From an uncultured Burkholderiales bacterium (GTDB lineage: Bacteria; Pseudomonadota; Gammaproteobacteria; Burkholderiales; Burkholderiaceae_C): DNA of 64,000 bases. Positions within the stretch are counted from its first letter, which is position 1, and each line of letters starts with the position of its first letter. A model generated the notes under the pieces. The model had not been told where the DNA came from and made no database searches. It was given only the letters and a program-made list of their open reading frames with translations. A program made the position numbers and the translations under genes. This document shows positions 44,611-53,385 of this stretch, piece by piece. The DNA lies in the NCBI GenBank assembly GCA_903905475.1, contig CAIVGK010000009.1, positions 538-64,537 of the forward strand, read 5' to 3'.

Positions 44611-45342
44611 TTGAGCAACACCCACTTCGGATTCAAGACGGTCGACGAAACGCAAAAGGCCGGGCGGGTGCGTGGCGTCTTCGACTCGGTGGCGTCGAAG
44701 TACGACGTCATGAACGATCTGATGTCGATGGGCCTGCATCGTGCCTGGAAGGCCTACACCGTGTCGGTGGCCAATGCGCGCCCTGGCGATCGCGTCCTCG
44801 ATATCGCAGGCGGCACCGGCGACTTGGCTCGGGCATTTGACAAAAAGGTGGGCCCCTCGGGTTTGGTGGTGCACACCGACATCAACGAGGCGATGCTTCG
44901 ACAAGGCAGAGACCGCCTGACCGATGCAGGGGCGCTCCTGCCCACGTCGATCTGTGACGCCGAGACATTGCCATTTCCCGAGGCGACCTTTGACATCGTG
45001 TGCGTGGCCTTCGGCCTGCGCAACATGACTCACAAGGACAAGGCGCTGTCAGAGATGAACCGGGTCTTGCGTCCCGGCGGGCGCTTGCTGGTGCTCGAGT
45101 TTTCGAAGGTGGCGCAGCCGCTGCAAAAGCTGTACGACTGGTACTCGTTCAAGGTGTTGCCACAGGTCGGGCAGTGGGTGGCCGGTGATGCCGAGAGCTA
45201 TCGGTATCTCGCCGAGTCGATTCGGATGCATCCTGCTCAGGCGGAACTCAAGGCCATGATGAAGACGGCGGGTTTCGGTCACGTCGATGTCCACAACTTG
45301 AGTGCCGGGATCGTCGCGCTGCATGTCGGCATCAAGTGTTGA
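44611..45342 (+). CDS. ubiE: Ubiquinone/menaquinone biosynthesis C-methyltransferase
   Basis: Contains [44 protein letters not shown] and [10 protein letters not shown]. Confidence 0.95.
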   Translation: MSNTHFGFKTVDETQKAGRVRGVFDSVASKYDVMNDLMSMGLHRAWKAYTVSVANARPGDRVLDIAGGTGDLARAFDKKVGPSGLVVHTDINEAMLRQGRDRLTDAGALLPTSICDAETLPFPEATFDIVCVAFGLRNMTHKDKALSEMNRVLRPGGRLLVLEFSKVAQPLQKLYDWYSFKVLPQVGQWVAGDAESYRYLAESIRMHPAQAELKAMMKTAGFGHVDVHNLSAGIVALHVGIKC

Positions 45343-45571
45343 TTGATCAAGCGCCCGAGGCGCCCCAGCTGCATCACGCGGATGCCTGTCACGGCGTCTG
45401 ATACCCCCTAATCGGGGGGGGTGCGAATTGACCTTTGGCGGCTACAGTCGGCCGCCTTCTGTGCCGATATCCTCACCAGCCACCCTGGCGGACCGCAATT
45501 ATCCGGCGAGGTTTGGCTGTTCGCCGGTGGCCGTTTGTGGGTGCGTATCAAAGTAATTCCGGAGTTTTTGA

Positions 45572-46654
45572 ATGTTTTCAGGAACCAACTTGGTGGTTGA
45601 AATACGCAGTCTTTTTGTCCGGGTGTCTGCGCCTCTTGTTGGGGTTGTCATCGTTGCGGGGCTGCTGGTTGGATGCGGTGGCGGCGACAAGAAGGAAAAG
45701 ACGGCATCGCAGACGGCTGCCAAGGTAAACAAGGAAGAAATCACGGTCCACCAGATCAACAACGTCTTGCAGCAGCAAAGGGGACTGAAGCCTGAGATGG
45801 CGGCTTCTGCCAGCGTTCAGGTTCTCGAGCGCCTGATTGATCAGGAACTGGCGATACAAAAAGCGCAGGAACAAAAGATCGATCGCGATCCGCGGGTGGT
45901 TCAGCAAATTGAATCTGCTCGGCGCGAAATCATTTCTCGTGCCTATATCGAGAAAGTCGGGTCGGGTGTTCCAACACCAACACCAGCCGAAATCAAGGCG
46001 TACTTCGACAGCAAGCCAGCGCTGTTCAGTGCGCGCAAGGTCTATTCGTTTCAGGAATTGATGATTGAGGCGGACGCCGGACAAATCACAGCCTTGCGCG
46101 AGGCCTTGGCTGCGGCCAAGGACATTAATGCATTCGCGGAATATCTGAAGGCCAATAACTTCAAGTTTGGCGGCAATCAGGCCAGTCGAGCAGCTGAACA
46201 GTTGCCGCTGGCGAGCTTGGACGAGATCGCCAAAATGAAGAACGGCCAGGCCTTGTTCAGCGTGACCCCCAAGGGCGCCCAGGTCACCGTGCTGGCCGGC
46301 ACTCGGGATCAGCCTGTCGATGAGGTTCGCGCCCAGCCGGCCATCGAGCAATTCTTGCTGAACGAGCGCAAGCGCAAGGTGGTCGAGGACGATTTGAAGG
46401 CGCTTCGCAAGGCAGCGAAGATCGAATACGTGGGCGACTATGCCGGCGGGGCACCCAAATCGCTCGAGGAGAAACTGAACGTTTCGCCCACCCGATCACC
46501 TTTGGTGGATTCTTCGGCCTCAGCCGCTGAGTATGTTCCGCCAGCGCCAGCTCCGCTGGCTTCTGCCCCTGTCGATACAACACCTGCAGAGCCCTTCGCC
46601 GCATCAGCCCCGACCGGGAAAGCGCTGGAGATGGGCCTGAAGGGTTTCAAGTGA
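45572..46654 (+). CDS. epsD: EpsD-family peptidyl-prolyl isomerase-like lipoprotein
   Basis: A hydrophobic leader ends in the lipobox LLVGC. The body is SurA/PpiC-like and the tail is Pro/Ala-rich. It sits first in an epsD-E-F-G-exosortase order. The start may lie slightly downstream of 45572. Confidence 0.65.
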   Translation: MFSGTNLVVEIRSLFVRVSAPLVGVVIVAGLLVGCGGGDKKEKTASQTAAKVNKEEITVHQINNVLQQQRGLKPEMAASASVQVLERLIDQELAIQKAQEQKIDRDPRVVQQIESARREIISRAYIEKVGSGVPTPTPAEIKAYFDSKPALFSARKVYSFQELMIEADAGQITALREALAAAKDINAFAEYLKANNFKFGGNQASRAAEQLPLASLDEIAKMKNGQALFSVTPKGAQVTVLAGTRDQPVDEVRAQPAIEQFLLNERKRKVVEDDLKALRKAAKIEYVGDYAGGAPKSLEEKLNVSPTRSPLVDSSASAAEYVPPAPAPLASAPVDTTPAEPFAASAPTGKALEMGLKGFK

Positions 46655-46705
46655 CCTGCAAGTTGTCCATTGCAAGACTGCTCGAATATCAAGGAAGGCT
46701 CAGCC

Positions 46706-47512
46706 ATGGTTGCCAGGCGAATTTTCTCGACGTTTGTTTTTCTCTTTGCCTGCACGGGCGCCTCGTGGGCTCAAACGCCAGACACGTCCGAGTACATCCT
46801 CGGCACTGGCGACGTGATCAAGGTCACGGTTTACCAAGTGCCAGATTTGAGCGTGGAGGCTCGGATTTCTGAACTGGGCCGGATCACCTTCCCGCTGCTG
46901 GGTAGCGTGACAGTGGGGGGAAGCACGCCAACGGGCGTCCAGGACAAGATCGCCAAGGCGCTCAGAGACGGCGGCTTCGTCCTGAAACCGCAAGTGATCG
47001 TGTCGATCCTGCAGGTCAAGAGCAATCTGGTGTCGATTCTTGGGCAGGTCGGGAAGCCCGGTCGCTACCCGATAGAAACGGCAAATACCAAGGTGTCCGA
47101 GATCATCGCTGCGGCGGGTGGCATCCTGCCCGGTGGGTCTGACGTGGTCACGCTTGTCGGCACCCGCAATGAGAAGGCTGTGCGACTCGAAATTGACGTG
47201 CCGGCCATTCTCCAAGCGGGGAAAAACGAACTCGACGTGAATGTCATCAACGGCGACATCATCTACGTGGCTGTCGCACCCACCGCCTACATGTACGGCG
47301 AGGTTCAGCGCCCAGGCGTCTTCCCAATCGAGCGCGGCATGAGCGTGCTGCAGGCGCTCGCTCATGCGGGCGGCCCTACCCCTAAGGGTACCGAGCGTGG
47401 CATGCGTGTTCACCGTCGGGATGCCAAAGGCACCGTGCAGATTCTTGACTTGAAGATGGCAGACATCGTTGAACCCGGCGACGTGATCTACGTTCGCGAA
47501 TCGATTTTTTAA
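46706..47512 (+). CDS. epsE: Outer-membrane polysaccharide export (OPX) protein, short EpsE type
   Basis: A signal peptide, a Poly_export motif (YILGTGDVIKVTVYQVPDLS...GRITFPLLGSV) and two SLBB-like repeats are present. The protein ends at ...YVRESIF with no C-terminal helix. Confidence 0.85.
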   Translation: MVARRIFSTFVFLFACTGASWAQTPDTSEYILGTGDVIKVTVYQVPDLSVEARISELGRITFPLLGSVTVGGSTPTGVQDKIAKALRDGGFVLKPQVIVSILQVKSNLVSILGQVGKPGRYPIETANTKVSEIIAAAGGILPGGSDVVTLVGTRNEKAVRLEIDVPAILQAGKNELDVNVINGDIIYVAVAPTAYMYGEVQRPGVFPIERGMSVLQALAHAGGPTPKGTERGMRVHRRDAKGTVQILDLKMADIVEPGDVIYVRESIF

Positions 47513-47523
47513 GGCGTTCTGGC

Positions 47524-48933
47524 ATGACGGCTGGTCAGATCCTGCGAATTCTTTGGGCTCGAAAGTGGCTGTTTCTGACCTTGTTCCTGGTCGTCGCCGT
47601 CGCGGGAGCTGCGTACACCCTCACGCGGCCGAAGGTCTATGTGGCGAATGCATCGATGGTCGTGGATGCGCGGCCCGATCCATTGCTCGGCGCTCTGGCC
47701 GTACCTGCGAACATGGCCACCCAGGTCGAGATCGTCAGGAGCGACAAGGTGGCCACCCGAGTTGTCAAGATTCTGGGCGTCGAGCGTTCGCCCGAGGCGG
47801 TGCAGCAGTGGCGGGAAGAGACGCAAGCGAAGATCCCGCTTGACCGCTACTTCGCGGACCTTTTGGGGCGCGGGCTGGTCATCGAACCGGGGCGCGGCAG
47901 CAACGTCATCAACCTGACTTTCAGCGCTCAGGATCCAGCCTTTGCGGCGTCTGCGGCCAATGCCTTCGTGCAGGCGGCCATTCAGGTGTCGATCGAGCTT
48001 CAGATCGATCCGGCCAGGCAGTCAACGCCATTTGTCGAGGCTCAGGTCGGCGCAGCTCGGAAGACGCTGGAAGATGCGCAGGCCAAGCTCTCAGAGTTTC
48101 AGAAATCAAAGGGCATCGTCGCCTCCGATGAGCGTGTCGACGAAGAGACTTCCAAATTGAATGAGTTGTCGAGCCAACTGGCCGCCGCGCAGGTCCAGCG
48201 GGTCGAATCGTCTGGACGGCAACGAGACAGCGGTACCGAGGTCTCTCCCGATGTCCAGCAAAGTGGTGCTGTTCAGTCGTTGAAGAACCAGCTCGCGGCA
48301 GCCGAACTTCGGTTGGCAGAAGTCAGCGATGTCATGGGTGCGAACCATCCGCAACGACAGCAGATCCAGGTTCAGATTGCGAGCCTGCAAAGGCAAGTCG
48401 CTGACGAGGTGCGCCGTGTGTCAGGTGGTGCTGCCGTGGCCAGCCGTGCCAGTTCGAAGATGGTGACCGAGTTGCATTCCTTGCTTGAAGACCAGAAGAA
48501 ACGTGTGCTTGCTCTGCGAGCCGACAAGGATCAGATCTCCATCCTTTTGCGCGACGTTGAAACGGCCAATCGTGCTTACGACGCCCTGAGCCAACGCTCG
48601 ACACAGGTGAACCTGGAGTCGCAGAACAACAAGTCTCCGTTGCGGGTGCTGAGTGTGGCGGTTGAGCCTTTCGAGCCGTCGTTGAAGTCGACCGCCAAGG
48701 GAGTGATCGTCTCGTTTGGCGGGGGCTTGCTGCTGGGTTTTGCGGTTGTGATGCTGCTGGAGTTCTTGGACCGCAGGGTTCGAGGCCCGGAAGATCTGGC
48801 GATGCTCCACGGCGTGCCGGTCATCGGGGTGCTGCGCCCGGCCACCTCGAAGCGGAGGATTTTTCGCCGGCTTTCTGCGGCTAACGCACCGCCCGGCGGA
48901 GCCCCGTTACTGACAGGCACCGCACGTCCATGA
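47524..48933 (+). CDS. epsF: Polysaccharide co-polymerase / chain-length determinant (EpsF type)
   Basis: The N-terminal TM segment is WLFLTLFLVVAVAGAAY. A long coiled-coil periplasmic region and a C-terminal TM segment (GGGLLLGFAVVMLLEFL) follow. Confidence 0.85.
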   Translation: MTAGQILRILWARKWLFLTLFLVVAVAGAAYTLTRPKVYVANASMVVDARPDPLLGALAVPANMATQVEIVRSDKVATRVVKILGVERSPEAVQQWREETQAKIPLDRYFADLLGRGLVIEPGRGSNVINLTFSAQDPAFAASAANAFVQAAIQVSIELQIDPARQSTPFVEAQVGAARKTLEDAQAKLSEFQKSKGIVASDERVDEETSKLNELSSQLAAAQVQRVESSGRQRDSGTEVSPDVQQSGAVQSLKNQLAAAELRLAEVSDVMGANHPQRQQIQVQIASLQRQVADEVRRVSGGAAVASRASSKMVTELHSLLEDQKKRVLALRADKDQISILLRDVETANRAYDALSQRSTQVNLESQNNKSPLRVLSVAVEPFEPSLKSTAKGVIVSFGGGLLLGFAVVMLLEFLDRRVRGPEDLAMLHGVPVIGVLRPATSKRRIFRRLSAANAPPGGAPLLTGTARP

Positions 48934-49832
48934 AGGTCAACTTCAACAATCTGCCGGCTGTTTCCAGGGCCAATCGATCCATCGGTGCCATCCTGATGGA
49001 TGCGGGGCTTTTGTCGCCCGAGGACGCTGAGCGCATCCTGCTGCTCCAAAAGGAAAAGAACCTCAGGTTCGGTGATGCGGCGATTGCTCTGGGCATCCTC
49101 ACCGAGGCTGACATCCAGTTCGCGTTGTCCCGGCAGTTTTCTTATCCGTATCTGCGCTCGGTGGATCAAAAGAAACCGGTCAGTACGGAACTCATCGCCG
49201 CCTACCAGCCGTTCAGCCCCTGCGTGGACCAACTCCGGGCCATTCGAAGTCAACTGATGATGCGTTGGTTCGACAAGACCGAGCAGCGTCAGGTTCTTGC
49301 TGTCGTTGGCTCTGCGCGAGGAGAAGGCCGAAGCTACCTGGCCGCCAATTTGGCGGTGGTCTTTTCTCAACTCGGCGAGCGAACCCTCCTGATTGACGCT
49401 GATTTGCGTCACCCACGCCAGCACGAGATGTTCATGCTGGACAACGGTACGGGACTGTCGACCGTGCTGTCGGAGCGTTCCCGCGACGAGGCCATCGTTC
49501 GGATCACCGATTTGGTCGGCCTCTTCGTGCTACCCGCAGGGCCGACGCCGCCCAACCCGTTGGAACTGCTCTCGCGCCCGCTGTTCGATGACTTCATGAC
49601 CCGCATGCGCAGCACCTTCGACGTGGTCATTCTGGATACATCGAGCCTGTCAGACGGGGAGGATGGCGCCATGGTCGCCATTCGTGCGGGCGCTGCCATT
49701 GCTGTCGCCCAAGCCACGCAAACTCGGGTGGCGGACTTCAACGATCTGGTTCAAGGGTTGATGAACGCCGGTGTTTCGGTCGTCGGCTCGGTGTTGAATG
49801 AAGTCGTGGCGGATGAAAAGCCGAGCAAATGA
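48930..49832 (+). CDS. epsG: EpsG-type BY-kinase homolog with N-terminal MshEN/T2SSE_N-like domain; Walker A atypical
   Basis: The P-loop is VVGSARGEGRS, Walker A' is LLIDADLRHP and Walker B-like is VVILDTSS. The N-terminal 53-aa tandem motif lies at residues 17-69. It has an ATGA overlap with epsF. Confidence 0.8.
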   Translation: MKVNFNNLPAVSRANRSIGAILMDAGLLSPEDAERILLLQKEKNLRFGDAAIALGILTEADIQFALSRQFSYPYLRSVDQKKPVSTELIAAYQPFSPCVDQLRAIRSQLMMRWFDKTEQRQVLAVVGSARGEGRSYLAANLAVVFSQLGERTLLIDADLRHPRQHEMFMLDNGTGLSTVLSERSRDEAIVRITDLVGLFVLPAGPTPPNPLELLSRPLFDDFMTRMRSTFDVVILDTSSLSDGEDGAMVAIRAGAAIAVAQATQTRVADFNDLVQGLMNAGVSVVGSVLNEVVADEKPSK

Positions 49833-50719
49833 GCGGTATGCCTTCACTGCGCGCTGCCGGGCGGGATGAATCCGGGTCGATGTCGCCGTGGTGGGTCGCG
49901 CTTGCGGGTTTGGCGGTCATGTACATCCCCATGTACTGGGCGGCCGCTGGTGGTCTGTGGCAAAGCGATGAGCATGCCCATGGAGTGATCGTCCTCGTGG
50001 TGGCGATGTGGCTTTTCTGGACGACAAGGAGAGGCGTCGCCAGTGCTTGCCAGTCACCATCACCGGCGATCGGGTGGTTGCTTTTCCTGTTCGGGCTTTG
50101 CGTGTACTTGGCTGGGCGGGTGGTCGGGATCACCATCCTTGAGTTTTCCTCACAGCCGCTGGTGCTGGCCGGGTTGTTGCTGGTACTCAAAGGGCCAAGC
50201 GCACTGAAAGTTGCTTGGTTCCCAATCGTCTATTTGGTTTTCATGATCCCCTTGCCGGGCATCTTTGTGGACGCTGTCACCGGGCCATTGAAGAGCTGGA
50301 TTTCAATGATCGTCGTGGAGATGCTTCATTGGGCCGGCTACCCGATCGCCCGCAACGGGGTGACGATCACTGCGGGGCAATATCAGATGCTCGTGGCTGA
50401 CGCCTGTTCGGGCTTGCATTCCATGTTCAGCTTGTCCGCCCTTGGCACCCTGTTCATGTACATCATGGATCGACGGGTCCTGCTACACAACGCGGTCATG
50501 GTGGCCGCCATCCTTCCGATTGCATTCGCCGCGAACATCATCCGCGTGATGGTTTTGGTGTTGGTCACTTACCACCTCGGCGATGAGGCCGGCCAGGGTT
50601 TTTTGCACGGCATGGCCGGAATGTTTCTGATGCTGGTCGCGCTGGGCAGCTTTTTTGCGCTTGATGCCGCACTGGCTGGCATCGTTGGCGGGACGGCGGG
50701 AAAACCGGCGATTCGTTGA
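49829..50719 (+). CDS. xrtB: Exosortase (EpsH/XrtB type by context)
   Basis: A polytopic membrane protein with the catalytic contexts ADACSGLHS (Cys), ANIIRV (Arg) and TYHLGD/FLHG (His). It overlaps the epsG stop. Confidence 0.8.
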   Translation: MSGMPSLRAAGRDESGSMSPWWVALAGLAVMYIPMYWAAAGGLWQSDEHAHGVIVLVVAMWLFWTTRRGVASACQSPSPAIGWLLFLFGLCVYLAGRVVGITILEFSSQPLVLAGLLLVLKGPSALKVAWFPIVYLVFMIPLPGIFVDAVTGPLKSWISMIVVEMLHWAGYPIARNGVTITAGQYQMLVADACSGLHSMFSLSALGTLFMYIMDRRVLLHNAVMVAAILPIAFAANIIRVMVLVLVTYHLGDEAGQGFLHGMAGMFLMLVALGSFFALDAALAGIVGGTAGKPAIR

Positions 50720-50769
50720 TCGATCGCCAACTGTCACTGCACAACCCATGAGTACCGCTGAGCCTAAGC

Positions 50770-52326
50770 ATGCCTGAGCATCTGCGGGCGCTGATCGTGA
50801 TCCTGGGGCTGGCCAGCGCAGTGTTCGCCTACGTCCACAGACCTGCTTTTGGCCTCCCCATCGATTCAGTTGACCTGCGCCGCCGCCGCAATCTCTGGTT
50901 TGTGGTCACACTGATTGCGTTTCTGTCGCACAACTTCTGGATCTATGTGATCGGTGTTGCTGCGGTACTTCTCGTGCAGCGAAAGCACGAGCCCAACCCA
51001 CTGGCCATGTATCTCATGCTGTTGTTGGCCGTGCCGCCGTTTTCTGCGGCCATTCCGGGCCTCGGACCTATCGCGCAACTGTTTGAACTCAACCATCTTC
51101 GGTTGATGTCTCTCGCGATCTTGCTGCCTGCTTGGTGGTCACTACGATCCGACCGCTTACCCAGGGCGTTCGGATACTGCTGGGCAGATCGTTTTCTTTT
51201 GGCGTACCTGCTTTATCAAGCAGCATTGAACTTGGGCGTGGGCAACTTCACGAACGGGCTTCGGCAGGGCGTGCTGTACGGTTTCACTGACGTGTTCTTG
51301 CCGTACTACGTTGCCAGTCGAGGCTTGCGCAACCTTGCCGCCCTCCGTGATGCCGTCGCCTCTTTGGCGGTGGTGGGTTTTGTGCTGAGCGGCATCGCCT
51401 TATTCGAGTTCCTGAAGCATTGGCTGCTCTACGCCCAACTTGACTCCGTGCTCGGTGTCAGCTTCGGCATGGGTAACTACCAAGGCCGAGGCGATCTCGC
51501 TGTCATTCGAGCCAATGCCAGCCTAGGGCATGGCATTGCACTCGGTTACGTGATGGCCATTGCCTCGTTGCTGTACCTTGCCCTCGCGCCCTTGCCGGGC
51601 AAGGTCTTGCCGCGGTGGATCGGATCCGGGATTCTCATGGTGGGTTTGCTGGCTGCGCTGTCCAGGGGGCCATGGGTCGGCATGGCCGTTGGGGTCTGCG
51701 TCTTTGTTTTGATGTCAGCCCATCGCTCTCGGGATGTGTCCCGCCTTCTCGGGTGGGGCGCAATAGGCTTTTGTGTGCTGCTGGTGTCACCCTATGGAGG
51801 CACTTTGGTTAACTTGCTTCCGTTCATCGGGACAACCGATGCCGGAGGGGTCGAGTACCGTCAGCAACTATTCGAGGCGTCCCTGCTGGTGATGAAGCAG
51901 AACCCTTGGTTCGGCGGTGGTGACTACATCGGCGAACTGGCTGCGCTGGGCATGGTCCAAGGCGAAGGAATCGTCGATCTCGTCAACACCTACCTTGCCG
52001 TGGCTTTGACGCAGGGGCTGGTCGGTCTTGGGCTGTTCGCTGGGGTCTTCGCCTCCGCGGCTGCTGGGCTTTTGTCGGCGTGGCGCCGCGTCGGTGCTGA
52101 CTCCGATCTTCACCGGTTCGGCCGCGCCTTGTTGGCTGCGCTGGCAGCTGCCCTGGCCATCATTGCCACCATGAGCCCGATTCTTTGCGTGCCGACCATG
52201 TATTGGCTGCTCGCGGGGCTTTGCGTGGCGTACGCGCATTTGGCTGAGGCATCCAACTTGACCATTTCCAGTGTGCCGGGTGTGCCCCCCAGACACACTC
52301 CTGCCAGGCCTGCCGTGCCCACGTGA
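50770..52326 (+). CDS. O-antigen ligase / Wzy-like polytopic membrane protein
   Basis: The 518-aa product has at least 10 TM helices. A Wzy_C-like loop (LSRGPWVGMAVG) is present. Confidence 0.75.
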   Translation: MPEHLRALIVILGLASAVFAYVHRPAFGLPIDSVDLRRRRNLWFVVTLIAFLSHNFWIYVIGVAAVLLVQRKHEPNPLAMYLMLLLAVPPFSAAIPGLGPIAQLFELNHLRLMSLAILLPAWWSLRSDRLPRAFGYCWADRFLLAYLLYQAALNLGVGNFTNGLRQGVLYGFTDVFLPYYVASRGLRNLAALRDAVASLAVVGFVLSGIALFEFLKHWLLYAQLDSVLGVSFGMGNYQGRGDLAVIRANASLGHGIALGYVMAIASLLYLALAPLPGKVLPRWIGSGILMVGLLAALSRGPWVGMAVGVCVFVLMSAHRSRDVSRLLGWGAIGFCVLLVSPYGGTLVNLLPFIGTTDAGGVEYRQQLFEASLLVMKQNPWFGGGDYIGELAALGMVQGEGIVDLVNTYLAVALTQGLVGLGLFAGVFASAAAGLLSAWRRVGADSDLHRFGRALLAALAAALAIIATMSPILCVPTMYWLLAGLCVAYAHLAEASNLTISSVPGVPPRHTPARPAVPT

Positions 52327-52362
52327 GCCTTTCTCACCGCACGCGCCTATGCCCTTCGTACT

Positions 52363-53385
52363 GTGAACAGAACCCCAGCATCCGCCGCTGCCGATACGAG
52401 GGGTGTTCGCCGAGCCTGTGAGGCTGAGGATGAACCTCGGGTTTCAGTCATCATGGTGAACTACAACACGGCTGCGTTGATTCGGCCGATGGTGGACGGT
52501 CTCCTCGCGTCCGCCGCTGGTTGTGGCGCGGTCCAGATCGTGGCCTTGGACAATGCGTCACGCGACGATTCTTTGGTAGCCCTCAAATCACTCGGGGACC
52601 GGGTCGATCTCATCGTCAACGCACACAACGTGGGCTTTGGACGCGCCAACAATCAGTGCCTTGCCAGGACACGAGGCCGCTACGTGTTGCTTTTGAACAC
52701 GGATGCATTCGTTGCCCCGGATACGCTGGGTCAAACGTTGGACTACATGGATTCCAACCCAAAAACTGGCGTGCTCGGCGTGCGCTTGGTGGGTCGAGAC
52801 GGCGTGCTCCAGCCCTCCTGCCGGTACTTCCCGACAGTTACCAACGTGTTCCTCTCCCGAACCGGGCTTGCCCGGTGGTTCCCGTGGATTCAGTCCATGG
52901 ACGACATGTCATGGGATCACGCCAGCGACCGACAGTGTGATTGGGTGCCCGGTTGCTACTACCTCGTGAGGCGCGAGGTGATCGATCAAGTTGGATTATT
53001 CGACCCGCGATACTTTCTGTACTACGAGGAAGTGGATCACTGCCGAGCCGTGAAAGCGGCCGGTTGGGATGTGACCTATTTTCATGACACGACGGTGGTG
53101 CATATCGGTGGTGAAAGCGCCAAGTCCGACAGCGATCTCACCCAGGGTGCGCGCCAGATTTCAGTGCTGCAAATCGAAAGTGAGCTGCTGTACTTCCGGA
53201 AACACGCTGGTCTTGGGGGGCTGTTTGCGCATCTGTGCCTTACCGTGCTGGCCGCCTTGATCCTGAACCTGAAATCCGCTCTCAAGGGCCAAGGCGCCCG
53301 AGGTTTGGGGGCGCCTTGGGGCCACGTTCGGCAGGTGTTCACCCTCGCGCTACTGACGCGCTGGGGCACCCAGCCCACCCGATGA
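52363..53385 (+). CDS. Glycosyltransferase family 2
   Basis: Contains VSVIMVNYNT, LDNASRDDS and LLLNTDAF. The start is uncertain; GTG 52363 was chosen. Confidence 0.8.
   Translation: MNRTPASAAADTRGVRRACEAEDEPRVSVIMVNYNTAALIRPMVDGLLASAAGCGAVQIVALDNASRDDSLVALKSLGDRVDLIVNAHNVGFGRANNQCLARTRGRYVLLLNTDAFVAPDTLGQTLDYMDSNPKTGVLGVRLVGRDGVLQPSCRYFPTVTNVFLSRTGLARWFPWIQSMDDMSWDHASDRQCDWVPGCYYLVRREVIDQVGLFDPRYFLYYEEVDHCRAVKAAGWDVTYFHDTTVVHIGGESAKSDSDLTQGARQISVLQIESELLYFRKHAGLGGLFAHLCLTVLAALILNLKSALKGQGARGLGAPWGHVRQVFTLALLTRWGTQPTR

Noticed and set aside
45343-45571. A c-di-GMP (GEMM) riboswitch or sigma-54 promoter upstream of the eps operon.
   Set aside because: The conserved GEMM-I elements (GGCAAACC and ACGCAAAGC-type) are not present. 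No GG-N10-GC spacing matches a -24/-12 promoter in the candidate TGGC sites.
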